Of a stretch of DNA of 64,000 nt, positions 13,501 to 24,697 are shown in pieces. The notes under the pieces are model-generated. The model was given only the letters and a program-made list of their open reading frames with translations. It did no database searches and had not been told where the DNA came from. Positions within the stretch are counted from its first letter, which is position 1; the number at the start of each line of letters is the position of its first letter. Made by a program: the position numbers and the translations under genes. The stretch comes from Lama guanicoe (Eukaryota): contig MU053304.1 in assembly GCA_013239625.1 (NCBI GenBank), forward strand, positions 62,001-126,000, given 5' to 3'.

Positions 13501-14643
13501 TTAGAATGTCAGGCTAAATGTCGTGCCAACACTGACTGAAGGCCTCTGGCTGGGAAAAAACCTGGTGAGGAAGGAGCAAACACTGCCTACCTCAAGACCT
13601 ACCTTCCGGGACCAGGTAGGACAGGAAGTGGCGCAACACCTCAGGGCACCTGGCCCTACTTGGTGGCAGAGCTCTCACACTTACCACCTTTTAAACTCTC
13701 TCCAACACTTCTGGGAGGAGGGCATCACTCAGCCCATTTTATGTCGAGAAAACAGGCTGGGGATTTGTGAAAAGTCATGTAAGCTCCTATGTGGCAGCCA
13801 GAATCAGATGTGCCTAAAGACTTAAGATTCAAAATCTAGTGTTACTTCTATTATATTTCAGCTGAAGTTTATGAAACAGATAGAGATGGCAAAGTAAACA
13901 AAATGTGCCTCAAATACATATTAACTTTTTATATTTTATAGATACAAGGTTGTGAGAAAACCATATCCTTTGGAAATGGTTCATTTCCGTTCAAATGTAT
14001 TTAAAAATTTATCTTCTAAAAAAAGTCAGTGAGTGCCTCATTAAGAAACTGCTGATTCAAAACTGCTAATGAGATTAACTTATAATTTTTAATAAGTAAT
14101 TAGATGCAGAATCACTTTTGTAGCAGCTCTGGGCTTCCGCATGTAAAATATTTGGTTCAAAAAAATGTATCAGGAAGAAACATTTTCCTGATTGGAACAA
14201 AACGAGGTTGGTTGTTGGGATGGTCAGGGGTAGAGGTGGGCGGATTTCTGCTGCAGTCAATCTCCCTGGGGTGGGGAGGGCACAGCCAAGAAAGAAGCCA
14301 AAGGTGCCAAGAAGAACGTGCCTGAAAAGGAACTGGGCAGAAAGAGGCGGGGCTCGACAACTAGGAGAGGCGGATGGCGACATATCTGTGATGGTAAGGC
14401 GCTGGGGACTGCAGGGGGCACAGGCAGTGGGGTGTTGGCTGGTGAAGAGCGAGCAGGGGCCTCCTCTGCTGGGCCTGCTCCTCGCACTAGGCCTATGGTG
14501 ACAGAGTAAGGCACAGGTCACTTCTTAAAGAAGAGAGAAGACCACGGAAGGATCAAAGAGTAAACAGCAAGACGGAAGCACTGTCAGCAGCACACGTCAT
14601 TTAGCCCTGGCTGTGCCCTCTCCTCCTGTGGCCAGACTGGGCC

Positions 14644-14770
14644 TGTTACCTGAAAACCAGGTTCACCTCTTGGTGGGTGTCACGCCAAAAGACACAACCA
14701 AGCCAAAGAGCGGGAGAAGGAAGGATTTGCAACTTGCAGCAAGTGAGGACAATGGGGATCCATCCCAAAG
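14644..14770 (-). repeat. Inverted copy of the LTR 3' end (R/U5 region)
   Basis: Its reverse complement aligns without gaps to 16658-16784, 103/127 identical by hand count. Confidence 0.92.
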
Positions 14771-15524
14771 AAATACTGCTGGCCTTTAATCTGTGTTTTC
14801 CAGATATAAGGAAACCTTTCCCCTTAAACTAATTATAATTTACAACAACTTGGTAAATGATAACTTTGTGGTTAGGACTGAGACATTTATCTTTTCTCTC
14901 TACCTGACTCCTCTAAAAATTGAAACTCTCAGGTTCCCAGCAGCCTTATCAAGTACTCTTAGCCAGCTCATGCGTAACAACCCTAAAGGAAATTCTCTAG
15001 CGAAACTGCCACAGAGTGTAACTACTCATGACATTTATCACTGCTCGCTTTAAGTCTAGTGCTAAAAGCACAGGTACAATGTTTGTGTGACAATTCAGGA
15101 TGACTGATAAAATGTATAGCCTATAAAATGCTTCACCATTAAAATACCGCTGAGCTTGTTCACTATATTTGATTAGTTTGCCCCCAACATGGATAACTAA
15201 GCAACTATATATAAACAAAATGGAAGTCTAGCACCAAGGGACATGATGGATGCCAGGCAGCAATCATCCTGGCATTGAGAGAGAAATATTTCATCTATCA
15301 AAAGATTTGCAATCAAAAGGGGAAATGATAAAATAAATTTTTACATATTCAGTGAGGTATGGGGAAGTTATTCCAGCTAAAACATGATTTAACTTGAACT
15401 TTATGGTGAAGAGAGTGGTCTCTTTAGTGCCCTATTAAACACGCTTTCTGCATGTGCTTTTATCATTAAGGAAAAGAATGCATTTCGAAATAAAAAAGAG
15501 AGGATGTCGTCACTCACACGGATG

Positions 15525-15850
15525 AAATTTACCCAGCAAGCCTTAGAACGATACTAATCAGGCTGTCAGTCTGCTGAACTCAGAAGTTTCTATGATGAAA
15601 AAAGTGGTCCTACAGAACTGCATAGCCCTTGATATTTGAACAGCTGCTCAAGGAGGGTCTTATGCCATAAGACACACTGAATGCTGTTCTTTGTATCTGA
15701 TAAGACTTCTAATGTGACTCATTTCATGATGTGTATGAAAAAAGTCAGATCTCTTCTCTGAATGATCCCCTTCCCAGTTTAGGGAAAATACTAGGAAAAT
15801 GGTTTGGTTCAAGGGGCTCTTGGCTTCAAGGGGCTCTTGGCTCAAGTCTC
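15525..15850 (+). pseudogene. Degenerate gamma-type ERV env, transmembrane subunit
   Basis: 15547-15687 translates to NDTNQAVSLLNSEVSMMKKVVLQNCIALDI*TAAQGGSYAIRHTECC: heptad repeat, ISD and decayed CX6CC. In-frame TGA at 15637 and frameshifts on both sides. Confidence 0.85.
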
Positions 15851-16112
15851 TGCTAATGACATTGCAAAGTCACTGTTAACTGTCACTCCTCCTGAGCCTC
15901 TCCTACACCTGTTAGAATAATGCTGTTCAAGCAAGGTTCAGACACCACTTTGGAAGACCCCAAAACTTATCTAACTCCAGCAGCAAAAGAGTTTCACTCC
16001 TCTACCTAGGGAGACTACAACACCCATTCTCGGCAGGAAGTAGTAACAGAAGAGTGACCTTCAGCCCTGTACCCCTCAAGAACGAAGAGTGAAATACTTC
16101 AAGGGGTGATTT

Positions 16113-16784
16113 TGTAAGCAGACAGGGTAGGGATTCCCAGAGGAAAAGAACCACATATAACTTTCTTAACATAAGAGAAACCATTTTAGGCCTAAGCCAT
16201 CTTGTGATCTAAACCTGGCCACAAGGGTTGTCCTTGCAGAAAAACAGGTCTCAGCAGTTAATGATTTTTTTTTTAGCAGTTAATTGTTTTAAAGGAACAA
16301 AAGAAGGTAAAAATGAATAGCTATTACTAGGCAAGGGAGATAACCGTATCGGAGACAATATACCAGTTGTAAAGACTCTCAATTCTGTTTCAAAAGGAAA
16401 TATTAGCTTGAAGTATATTCTTGAGCTGTTCTGTAGAATTCAAACCCCCTGAGCATTCATCTACCAGACTGACTGAAACCCAAGGAAAGATGATGCTGAA
16501 CTTTTCTGACCCTTGTGACTTCACTCAACTAGAGCCTGGACTCTGTCAATCTCTGCCCCAATTCTAAGCTGAATTCTCCTTTGCTGAAGCCCTTTCGTGA
16601 GTATGTATGCATCTTTAGCTTAAAACTTCCCCAGTTTTGCTGCTTAGGGAGATCCTGCTTTGGGAAAGATCCCCGGCGTTCTTACTTGCTACAAGTAACA
16701 AATTCTTCCTTCTCTCACTCTTTGGCTTGGCTGTATCTTTTGGCTAGACATCCACCAAGAGGCGAACCCACTTTTCGGTTAACA
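16113..16784 (+). mobile_element. ERV1 3' LTR (~670 bp)
   Basis: Starts tgtaagcag just after the purine tract and ends gttaaca. Confidence 0.75.
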
Positions 16785-17004
16785 GGCCTACTAGAGACCA
16801 ATGCCAAGGGTGCTGAGGAGGGAGCATGGGCAGCAAAGGGCTGTGTGTTGGACAGCTGTTTTAGTTTATAAGGCAGTTTATTTATGTGTTAGAATTTTCT
16901 GGAAGATTTATTTGTATAGAGTCAACTGTGCTCTCTTCTACTGTTTCAGGTCACCTGTCATCAGCCTCGTCTGCTGACCACACCATAATTGGGCCCCTAC
17001 CCAC

Positions 17005-17560
17005 TGTCAAGGAGGAAGACGTTTTCCCCTACCCATCTAGGTTCTGCTGGCTGGTCTAAGAATTAAACTGACATGAGGCAGATTAACAGGAGAAAATCAA
17101 ACAAAAGTTCAATGACATGCACATATATCGTAGAGACCCACGAAAGCTGAGGTAACTCACTGAAATGGCTGAAGCTTCACCTTAAATGCCATCAGCTAAA
17201 GACAAAAGAGAATGTTGGGAGTACTGGCTTAGCACTTAGAAGGGGAGGAAGGCAATTCACATGAAGATGGAAAAGCAAATGGTAAACAAATGTTTGTTGG
17301 GCCAGGCAGAGACAATGGGACACGGTAGAATTTCAACAAACAGATTTTGCTAGGTTCCTCCCTGTCCATACCTAATTCATACTATACTTATCTATGGTGA
17401 TGGCTCCCTCCCTCTGGAAACAGGTCCTCTGTCTACATTCTTTAGGCAGTTAGGGGAAGGTCAAAGTTTTTTCCTGTCTTTTGGGTCTTGATTGCTTTTA
17501 GCTCAAAATAATCCACTTGCCAAATAGACAATTTGGGGGAGCAAATTTTCCTCCCCTATA
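17005..17560 (-). mobile_element. MER34-like ERV1 solo LTR
   Basis: Minus-strand start ggggaggaaaatttgctcccccaaattgtctatttggcaagtggattattttgagctaaaagcaatc resembles the recalled MER34-group LTR 5' end. Confidence 0.7.
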
Positions 17561-19588
17561 TGACCTTGACCTGGAGATAGCTGTCTAAACTTCTAAGCCT
17601 AAGAGGAAGGAAACAAGGAAACTTCCTCAAGTGTCTGCCTTGCAAACCTAGGAAATGGCAGAAGAGCTTAAGGCCTGGATGTGGTCAGGAGATAAGAATT
17701 CCATTCCTGTGACAGGGGATGAGGGCCCATACCTGAGTAGTCTTTGAAAAATGTTCCTTTTATTGCAGATAGTTGCATGGTGGGGAGAGGGGCAGAAGGA
17801 ATCTTTAAAGGCGGCGGACTGGCTGGGAGGTCTAAGGGTTGTGGGAAGGAAGTTGGAAGTGGGGGAGAGGGAGGAAAGTGTACGAGAGCAATGGAGGAAG
17901 CCTTCTAAGAGCTGGATCAGACATACCCGGGAAACACAAAACCAGATTGCTAAAGCCAGTGACGTTAATGCAGCCCAAGCCTTTCAACAAGACCAACCTA
18001 AGCCATCTCTCTAAAAAAGGTCCATCCTTCTTTTAAAGACACCCAGCATAGCAACATGTTATATTATTTACTAACCTCAGGGCCCAAGTCCTTACATTTA
18101 AATCAAATCCACAATTAATAACCTCAAAATGCAGTTGAAACAGATTAAAAATAATTTTTAGCTCTTTTCATGACAGTCTTACATATGATAAATGTATTGT
18201 TTTGTTTTTTACTTCTTGAAAAGATTTTATTTTGAATTCTTATTTTAATCCCAAGGATTCATACCAAAATCTGTGCTCAGGATTAAGTCTGCTGCTAGCT
18301 TGAAGTGACCTTAGGTAAGCCTCTCACTGCCTGGCACCTTCACCAGTAAACTAGGACACAAAGGACTCAGCAGTTCTTCCACAGGCTCCTCTGGTCCCAG
18401 GCTGTCTCTACAGGCCTGAAATAAAACAATTCTGCCCGTTCTGCTAAGGACTAAGGATGACTATTCCGGGAGCTTTTCTATTATTTTCAGAATCAGCCTT
18501 TGAAGCTATTGTTTCTCACTGGGAGCTGCCTGGGCAAGAAACACAACATCCGGCACCATGTTTCTTTACCATTAACTGCAGCCCGGGGTCACATGATCCT
18601 ATGTGTGAGCCTGGCTCTGTGGTCTTGCTGCAGACACCATGATGACCCAGGAAGAGCACAACGTTTTATTTTTCGGGTTCATAGCATTTCCATGGGTGGC
18701 AGTTGGTGTGGTAGCGGCAGGGCGAGCATGGAAGAGGCGCGGGGGTGACACTCTGCGGAGGGCCCATCACGCAGAAGTACACTTTTCCTGGCGGGAGCTG
18801 TGTGGACCCCTCCGCAACTCCCAGGATACAGGTCAGGAGTGCTGAGAAGGCTGCTGTGATGAAAATGCTTTACCGAAGGGAACACCGCTCTTAATAAAGC
18901 AGGCTGAAAACACAGAACTGTGGAAATGGATATGCAATTCACTTTATGAAATCATTTTTGAGCTTTTTTGGGGTACAGGACACTGTGCTATTGGGGGAGG
19001 AGAAGATAAAAAGAATTAAGAATGGGTTCTGTTTACAAGGATGTTACAATCCAGTAGGACGATAGATCTGTACACAAATGGCACTGAAGTGCAAACGACA
19101 GGTACTGTGGGGCAGGGAGATGGGAGGACTGTTTCTGACACGGAGGATGGAGGTCTTCCCATCTGAGCACCTTCTCAGACAGGCCACCCTGCCCCCTTCC
19201 CAGATTTCAGCAGGGACCCCACGCTTCACTCCCTCCAGGCCGGGAGAATTGGCGGTCCTCATCTTCCTAGTAAGCTAATCCCTAACCTGGGGTTCGGGTC
19301 CTGAGCTTCCCACTTCCTTCATAACCTGGTTCGAAAACCTGTTCCTTCCTTTCTCATCTTCGATATCTTTTCTATTCACTTTCCCACACAGCCTACAAAT
19401 ATACAGGTAAGAGGCCACTGTCATCCAGACAAGGGTGGCAGATCTGGGTGGCAGATCCAGGTGACAGAGCTGGCAGTGATAAGGAAGGGGGAAGATTCTG
19501 GGGGTAGTTAGAAGGCAAGGCTGAGGTGTCTTACTGGCAGACTGGATGTGAGGGGTGAGAGAAAGACCAGAGTCAATAATGGCCCCAG

Positions 19589-19753
19589 TGGAAATGAATA
19601 TGAAAACAAATACACGTATGCTTACGTGTGACTTAAGTATTGTGCTGCACATCAGAAACTGACACAACATTGTAAACTGATCATACTTCAATAAAAATAT
19701 ATTTAAAAAATGAAAGTAAATTTAAAATAAATGAATAAATTGGAATTTAAAAA
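19589..19753 (+). mobile_element. Short 5'-truncated young L1 3' end inserted in an L2 relic
   Basis: gaaactgacacaacattgtaaactga...caataaaa plus A-rich tail. Perfect TSD aatggccccag at 19578-19588 and 19754-19764. Confidence 0.85.
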
Positions 19754-22484
19754 AATGGCCCCAGGGTTTTTGGGCTGCACACAAGGCTGAAATGAGGTTG
19801 CCACTGATGGAGGCTAAAACAGACAACTTCCGGAATTCACACTTGCCTCTATCTGAGCCAGACAGCACATGGCAGGTATGTTGTGGGAGACACAAGCTGT
19901 GGACTGCTACTGTAAGTGTGAGGCTTTTCCTTTATTATTCTGACCTTTGACACTAAGATTTTATGGTTCTAAGGTCTAAGGACTTAGTTATCAAGTCAGA
20001 TTCATTATTTGTGACCTTCTTTTAAAGTGTAAGATTGGTTTTTTTTCTTTTCCTTTTTTAACAAAGGTGACTTCAAATTAAGAAGCCTCTGAAGAGTAAG
20101 GCACATAGATGTGGTCTCTGTTTCATAGGACCTTAGGGCCAAATGAGACAGATGTGCTGGAGGTGTTCAGGAATGAGGTCACTGGACTGACATGGTCAAA
20201 CTGGATTTCATGGTACCAAAGTTGGATGTTACAAGGCACAGGATTTAGTTGGATTTCTTTTCCCTTGTGACAGTATATAATCACAATTATCTAGATCAGA
20301 CAACAATGCTCTCCACTACTAGTATGTGAGAAATACTCCAAAAATAGATCTTTCAGAGTTTACTATTCTAAAAACCTGGGCACTGGCTTAATGAAAGTAT
20401 ATATGACCAAAGTTTCCTAGTGGATACAAAAAAAAAAAAAAGAATCTACTGAGTGTTTAAAAAAAGTTGTAATAGGCTTTCTATAGCTGACTATGCCTGC
20501 TCCATAAAGTAAGACATTTCAGTAGACTAAGGAAAAAGACAAAACTTTCTCCACTTCAACTCCAGGGAGACTGGCAGCCACGCTGCAGTAGCAGTGGCAC
20601 AAAGCTGGTGGCCCTGCTCTGGCTCCTTCTAAGTTCAAGCCCTTGTACCACAAGAAGCCACCACTACATACAAATCCAGCCTCAGGCTTTGGCCACCCTC
20701 CCTCCTCCTCGTTCACTGGGTTCCTGATGCAGGGCTGCCTCCCTCCTTAGTGGCCTTCTCCGGCCCCCTGACTCTCCCCTTTGCCCTCCTCCTCTCCAAC
20801 TGAGGCTTTCCTTGCCAGTGTCTTGAACAAGCACTACCTCTTGGACTTGAGTGTGGAATCTGAACTCTCATTTCTTGCATCTTGACTGTAAGAGATACTT
20901 ATCTGTTACTACATCCCAGGATTAACCAACCAAGTCCACCCCCCATGTGGTCTCTTGGTCTGGGTAGGATGTTTGGATGACCACAGTACAAGGAGTGTGG
21001 TTGGAAGGTCTTGCTCCACGACTGTCCCAAGTCCAAATCCTCACACTTCCTATTTGGCTTGGTTTGATAGAGGCCCAGCATCCCTTCCTGGACCCTGTGC
21101 CTTCTTCACACCTGCTCTCCAGCCCCCTTGTGCCAGAAGGCTTGGTCACTAGACACTGCCTCCAACAGAAACCCTAAAGACCAACTGAGTTTTCAGAGTT
21201 TGCCTCTTTCTTTTATGACCTTCATATTTTAGAAGCTCATTAGACCAGGCAGCTTTTTATTTCTTGGGTCTGACCCTGGCAGGCTTAATTCAGATTCAAA
21301 GTTCTTTTCTGTTGACTCAAGTTAGTTTTCTTCTATGGACTTTTATTTTCTATTTAGTTAAACTCTTACAAAAATAAGCATTTATAAAATTATGAAAGTA
21401 ATACATGTTTTCAAAAAACATCAGAAAATACAAAAAAGTAGAAAAAATGACTCATAGTCTTACTACCCAAATACAACCACTACTGGCATTCTATTTCATT
21501 TCCTTCTGGTCTTTTTCCATTCATTTTTCCCCATGCATGTTCCCACCCCCACCAAAACATGGTTGCTGGCATACTGTCTTCACAATTCCTTCCTTGTATT
21601 TCAGATAATGTTTGCTTCTTAAAGAGGAACTTATTACCAGATATTCAGAAGTCGCAAAAACCAAATATAATGAATGTAACCTGTTTTGATTCCAGTTCAG
21701 ACAAATCAGTTGGAGACAATCTGGGAAATGTAATTATGGACTGGGGTTTAGATGACACCAAGGCATTACTACTAATTTTTAGCTGTGCTAATGGCATTGC
21801 AGTTATGTAAGAAAATGTCCAAAATTTTTAGAGCCGCATAGCAAAATATGCATGAGTGAAATGATAAGATGTCTGTGGTTTGCCTTAACTTTAACAAATT
21901 AAAAAAATGTTGACAGTTAAATCTAGGAGATAGGGAGAGTAGATTTTTGTGCTATTTTCTTTAATTTCATGTATATTTGAAATTTTTCATAATGAAGATT
22001 AAAAAATTAAAGTATCCATAGTTCAAACAGCTGTAAAGTCTAATTATGAGACAGCAGCCCTCTGTCCCTCTCCCTCCTCTGCCCTTCCCCAAGGGTGACC
22101 ACTTTCACCTCTTAGCAGATCGTTTTGGTATTTACTTTTATATTTCTATATAATCTGCTTGATGGCAACATCTTGATTTTTCAGTTTTAGCCATCATTCC
22201 CAAATTTTTTACTCTAGAAGAAAAGAATTTACTTTTCTTTCTACATATACTCCCTTCCCCAACCAAACCCACATAACTGTTTCAGGCCCTCATCCTCCCA
22301 ATGAAGTTACATCATAACTATCAGAATTAACTATTATGATTATGTAAATACTAAATGTTACTTTTCTTTCCTATGCAACTTTTTATTTTCACTAAAATTA
22401 GTAACTGCCTTATTTTAATTTGTTTGCTTCTTTGGTATACTCTGTATATTAATCCACTCCAAGCTTTCCACCAAATGCCTAAAA

Positions 22485-24180
22485 TAGTGGTTCTCGAAGT
22501 ACGGTCTGTGGACTTGTGCAGGTCCCTGAGACCCTTTTAGGGATCAACGAGGTCAAACTATTTTCATAATGATACTAAGGCATTATTTGCCCTTTTCCAC
22601 ATGCTGACACTTATACTGAAGGTACAAAAGCACTTGGGGGGAAAACTGACGTTGCCTTGGTATGGCTTGGGCAATGGCAACAAATGGTACCAGTGGTCAG
22701 AGTACTCTTCACCAGCTGACACTCGCAGGAGGAAAAAAAAGCTAGTTCACTTAAGAATGCTCTTGATGAAGCAGTAAAAGTTATTAATTTTATTATGGCT
22801 TACTCCTTGAATACTTGTCTTTTTCACTTACGCAGCATGCCCAAGTATGATAGCTGTCTTGAGGAAAAGCACTTACATAACTTTGCGTTGTGAGCTAAAC
22901 TGATTGCCTTTTTTATGGAACACCATTTTTACTTGAAGGAACAAGCGACACACAAACTATGGTTATTTGGCATTTCAAGAAAAACAACTAACATTATTTA
23001 TTGCCAATGATAAAATTTGAGCTTTCGCAAAAATCAGAATTTTGGAAACGTTTTACCTAACACATGATACATGTTTCTTAATACTTAAAGACTTGTCTAG
23101 ACTCCGTAGTGATATTAGTAAGTATGATTTTTTGATATCATATAATGAAATGTGTCCACATTTAGAAGATCAGCAATAATAAGCCAATATTTTCTAAATG
23201 ACATATTTCTAAATACATGATAAAAGTCATGCATGGGTAAAAGATTCATTCAAAGTATAAAACAGACCAACAGATTTCAATGAACCCTGTAAAAAAAGTT
23301 CAGTTGATATTGTATTAGTCTGCTAGGACTGCCATAATAAAATACCACAGATTGGATGGCTTAAACAACATTTTATTTCTCACAGTTCTAGGGGCTGGAA
23401 GTCCAAGATCAAGATGCCAGCCAGTGCCAATTCTGGTGAGAGCCCTCTCCCCAGCTTGGAGATGGCTGTTTTCTCACTGTGTCCTCACAGGACAGGAAAA
23501 GAGAGCAAACTCCCTGATCTCTTCTTATATGGACACTAATCCTATCAGATCAGGGCCCCACCATTGTGATCTCATCTAACTTTAATTATCTCCTTTCAGG
23601 ACCTACCTACAAATATAGTCACTTTAGGGTTAGCGCTTCAACATATGAATTTGGGTAGGACAAAATTCAATCCGTAACAGATATGGTTTCAGATTCTAGA
23701 TTATAACTTTTAAGAAACCACTAGTTTCTACGAGTACAAAGATGAATATCCACAATTATCTGAAAAAGCTGTTAGAATGTTCCTTTCTTTTCCAACTACG
23801 TATCTGTCTGAAGCAAGATTATCTTCATATACTTCAACCAAAATAACTTATCCCACAGATTGAACAGAGAAGCATATATGAGAAGCCAGTTTAATATCTT
23901 CTCTAAGACAGACATGAAAGAGATTTATGAAAATGTAAAACATCCTTCTCTCCTAATTTTGTTTTAGAAAATAGTTACTTTTTAAGTAAAATTTTATTTA
24001 TGTTAACGTATAATGAATTGAGTTTATTATTATTATTTTAATTGAAATAAATAAATGTTCAAAATCTTTATCAGTTTTAATTTCTAACAGGGTAAACAGT
24101 GGTAATACATATACACAAAAGCTCTTTGAGGTCCTCAACAATTTTACAGGGCCAGAAACCAAAAAGTTTGACAATTGCTA
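22485..24180 (+). mobile_element. Charlie1a-like hAT DNA transposon relic
   Basis: 5' end tagtggttctcgaagtacggtc...gaggtcaaactattttcataatgatactaag; 3' end ccaaaaagtttgacaattgcta. Decayed 8-bp TSD gcctaaaa/gtctaaat. Confidence 0.8.
23311..23679 (-). mobile_element. MLT1A-like MaLR solo LTR nested in the Charlie element
   Basis: tgtattagtctgctagg...tccgtaaca with perfect 5-bp TSD gatat at 23306-23310 and 23680-23684. Confidence 0.88.
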
Positions 24181-24298
24181 GTCTAAATCATCTCTCAAGA
24201 AATTCAGACACATAGACATTTTATACTATTTCATTTTCTCAAAGACATTACACGTAGAGCCTTCTGTTCAGCTCCAATCTGAACTCATTGTGTGTGTG

Positions 24299-24410
24299 TT
24301 TTTTTTTTAAGATGACTAATTTTATTTTTTAAACAGAGTTACTGGTGATTGAATCTAGGACCCTGTGCATGTGAAACATGCAATCTACCACTGAGCTATA
24401 CCCATCCCTC
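24299..24410 (-). mobile_element. tRNA-derived SINE (Vic-1-like)
   Basis: Reverse complement reads gggtatagctcagtggtagattgcatg...gggtcctagattcaatc; T-rich tail on the left. Confidence 0.8.
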
Positions 24411-24478
24411 TGAACCCACTGTCTTCTGCATCTGCGTAGAGCTAGTACCCTAGGATCTTTCTTCACAAGCATCTAGGT

Positions 24479-24697
24479 CAGGTGTCAATAATCATGACCT
24501 GTGGGCCGAATATAGCCTGCCACTTGTTTTTAAGTGAGTTTCACTGGGACACAGCCATGCTCATCACTTACGTATTGTTTATTGTCTTTTTTGTGCTCCA
24601 ACAGCAGAGGTGAGTCGTTGTGACTGAAACCAATTGGCCTACAAAGCCAAAAAGACTTACTATCCGGCCCTTTACAGTAAAAGTTTGCTGACTTGAG
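24479..24697 (+). mobile_element. MER58A-like hAT-Charlie element
   Basis: MER58 motifs and a perfect 8-bp TSD atctaggt at 24471-24478 and 24698-24705. Confidence 0.88.

Larger units (their letters stand above)
14644..16784 (+). mobile_element. Rearranged ERV1 proviral relic: inverted U5, internal sequence, env TM remnant, PPT and 3' LTR
   Basis: TG...CA termini, ggcc direct repeat at 14640-14643 and 16785-16788, env ISD remnant, PPT-like aaggggtga at 16101-16109. Confidence 0.75.

Noticed and set aside
14644..14979. Stand-alone minus-strand solo LTR ending at ...gcgtaaca (14979)
   Set aside because: The flanks ggcc and accc do not form a TSD, and similarity to the neighbouring LTR stops at 14770.
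15910..15930. LTR start at tgttagaataatg
   Set aside because: No purine tract precedes it; the better PPT-TG junction is at 16101-16113.
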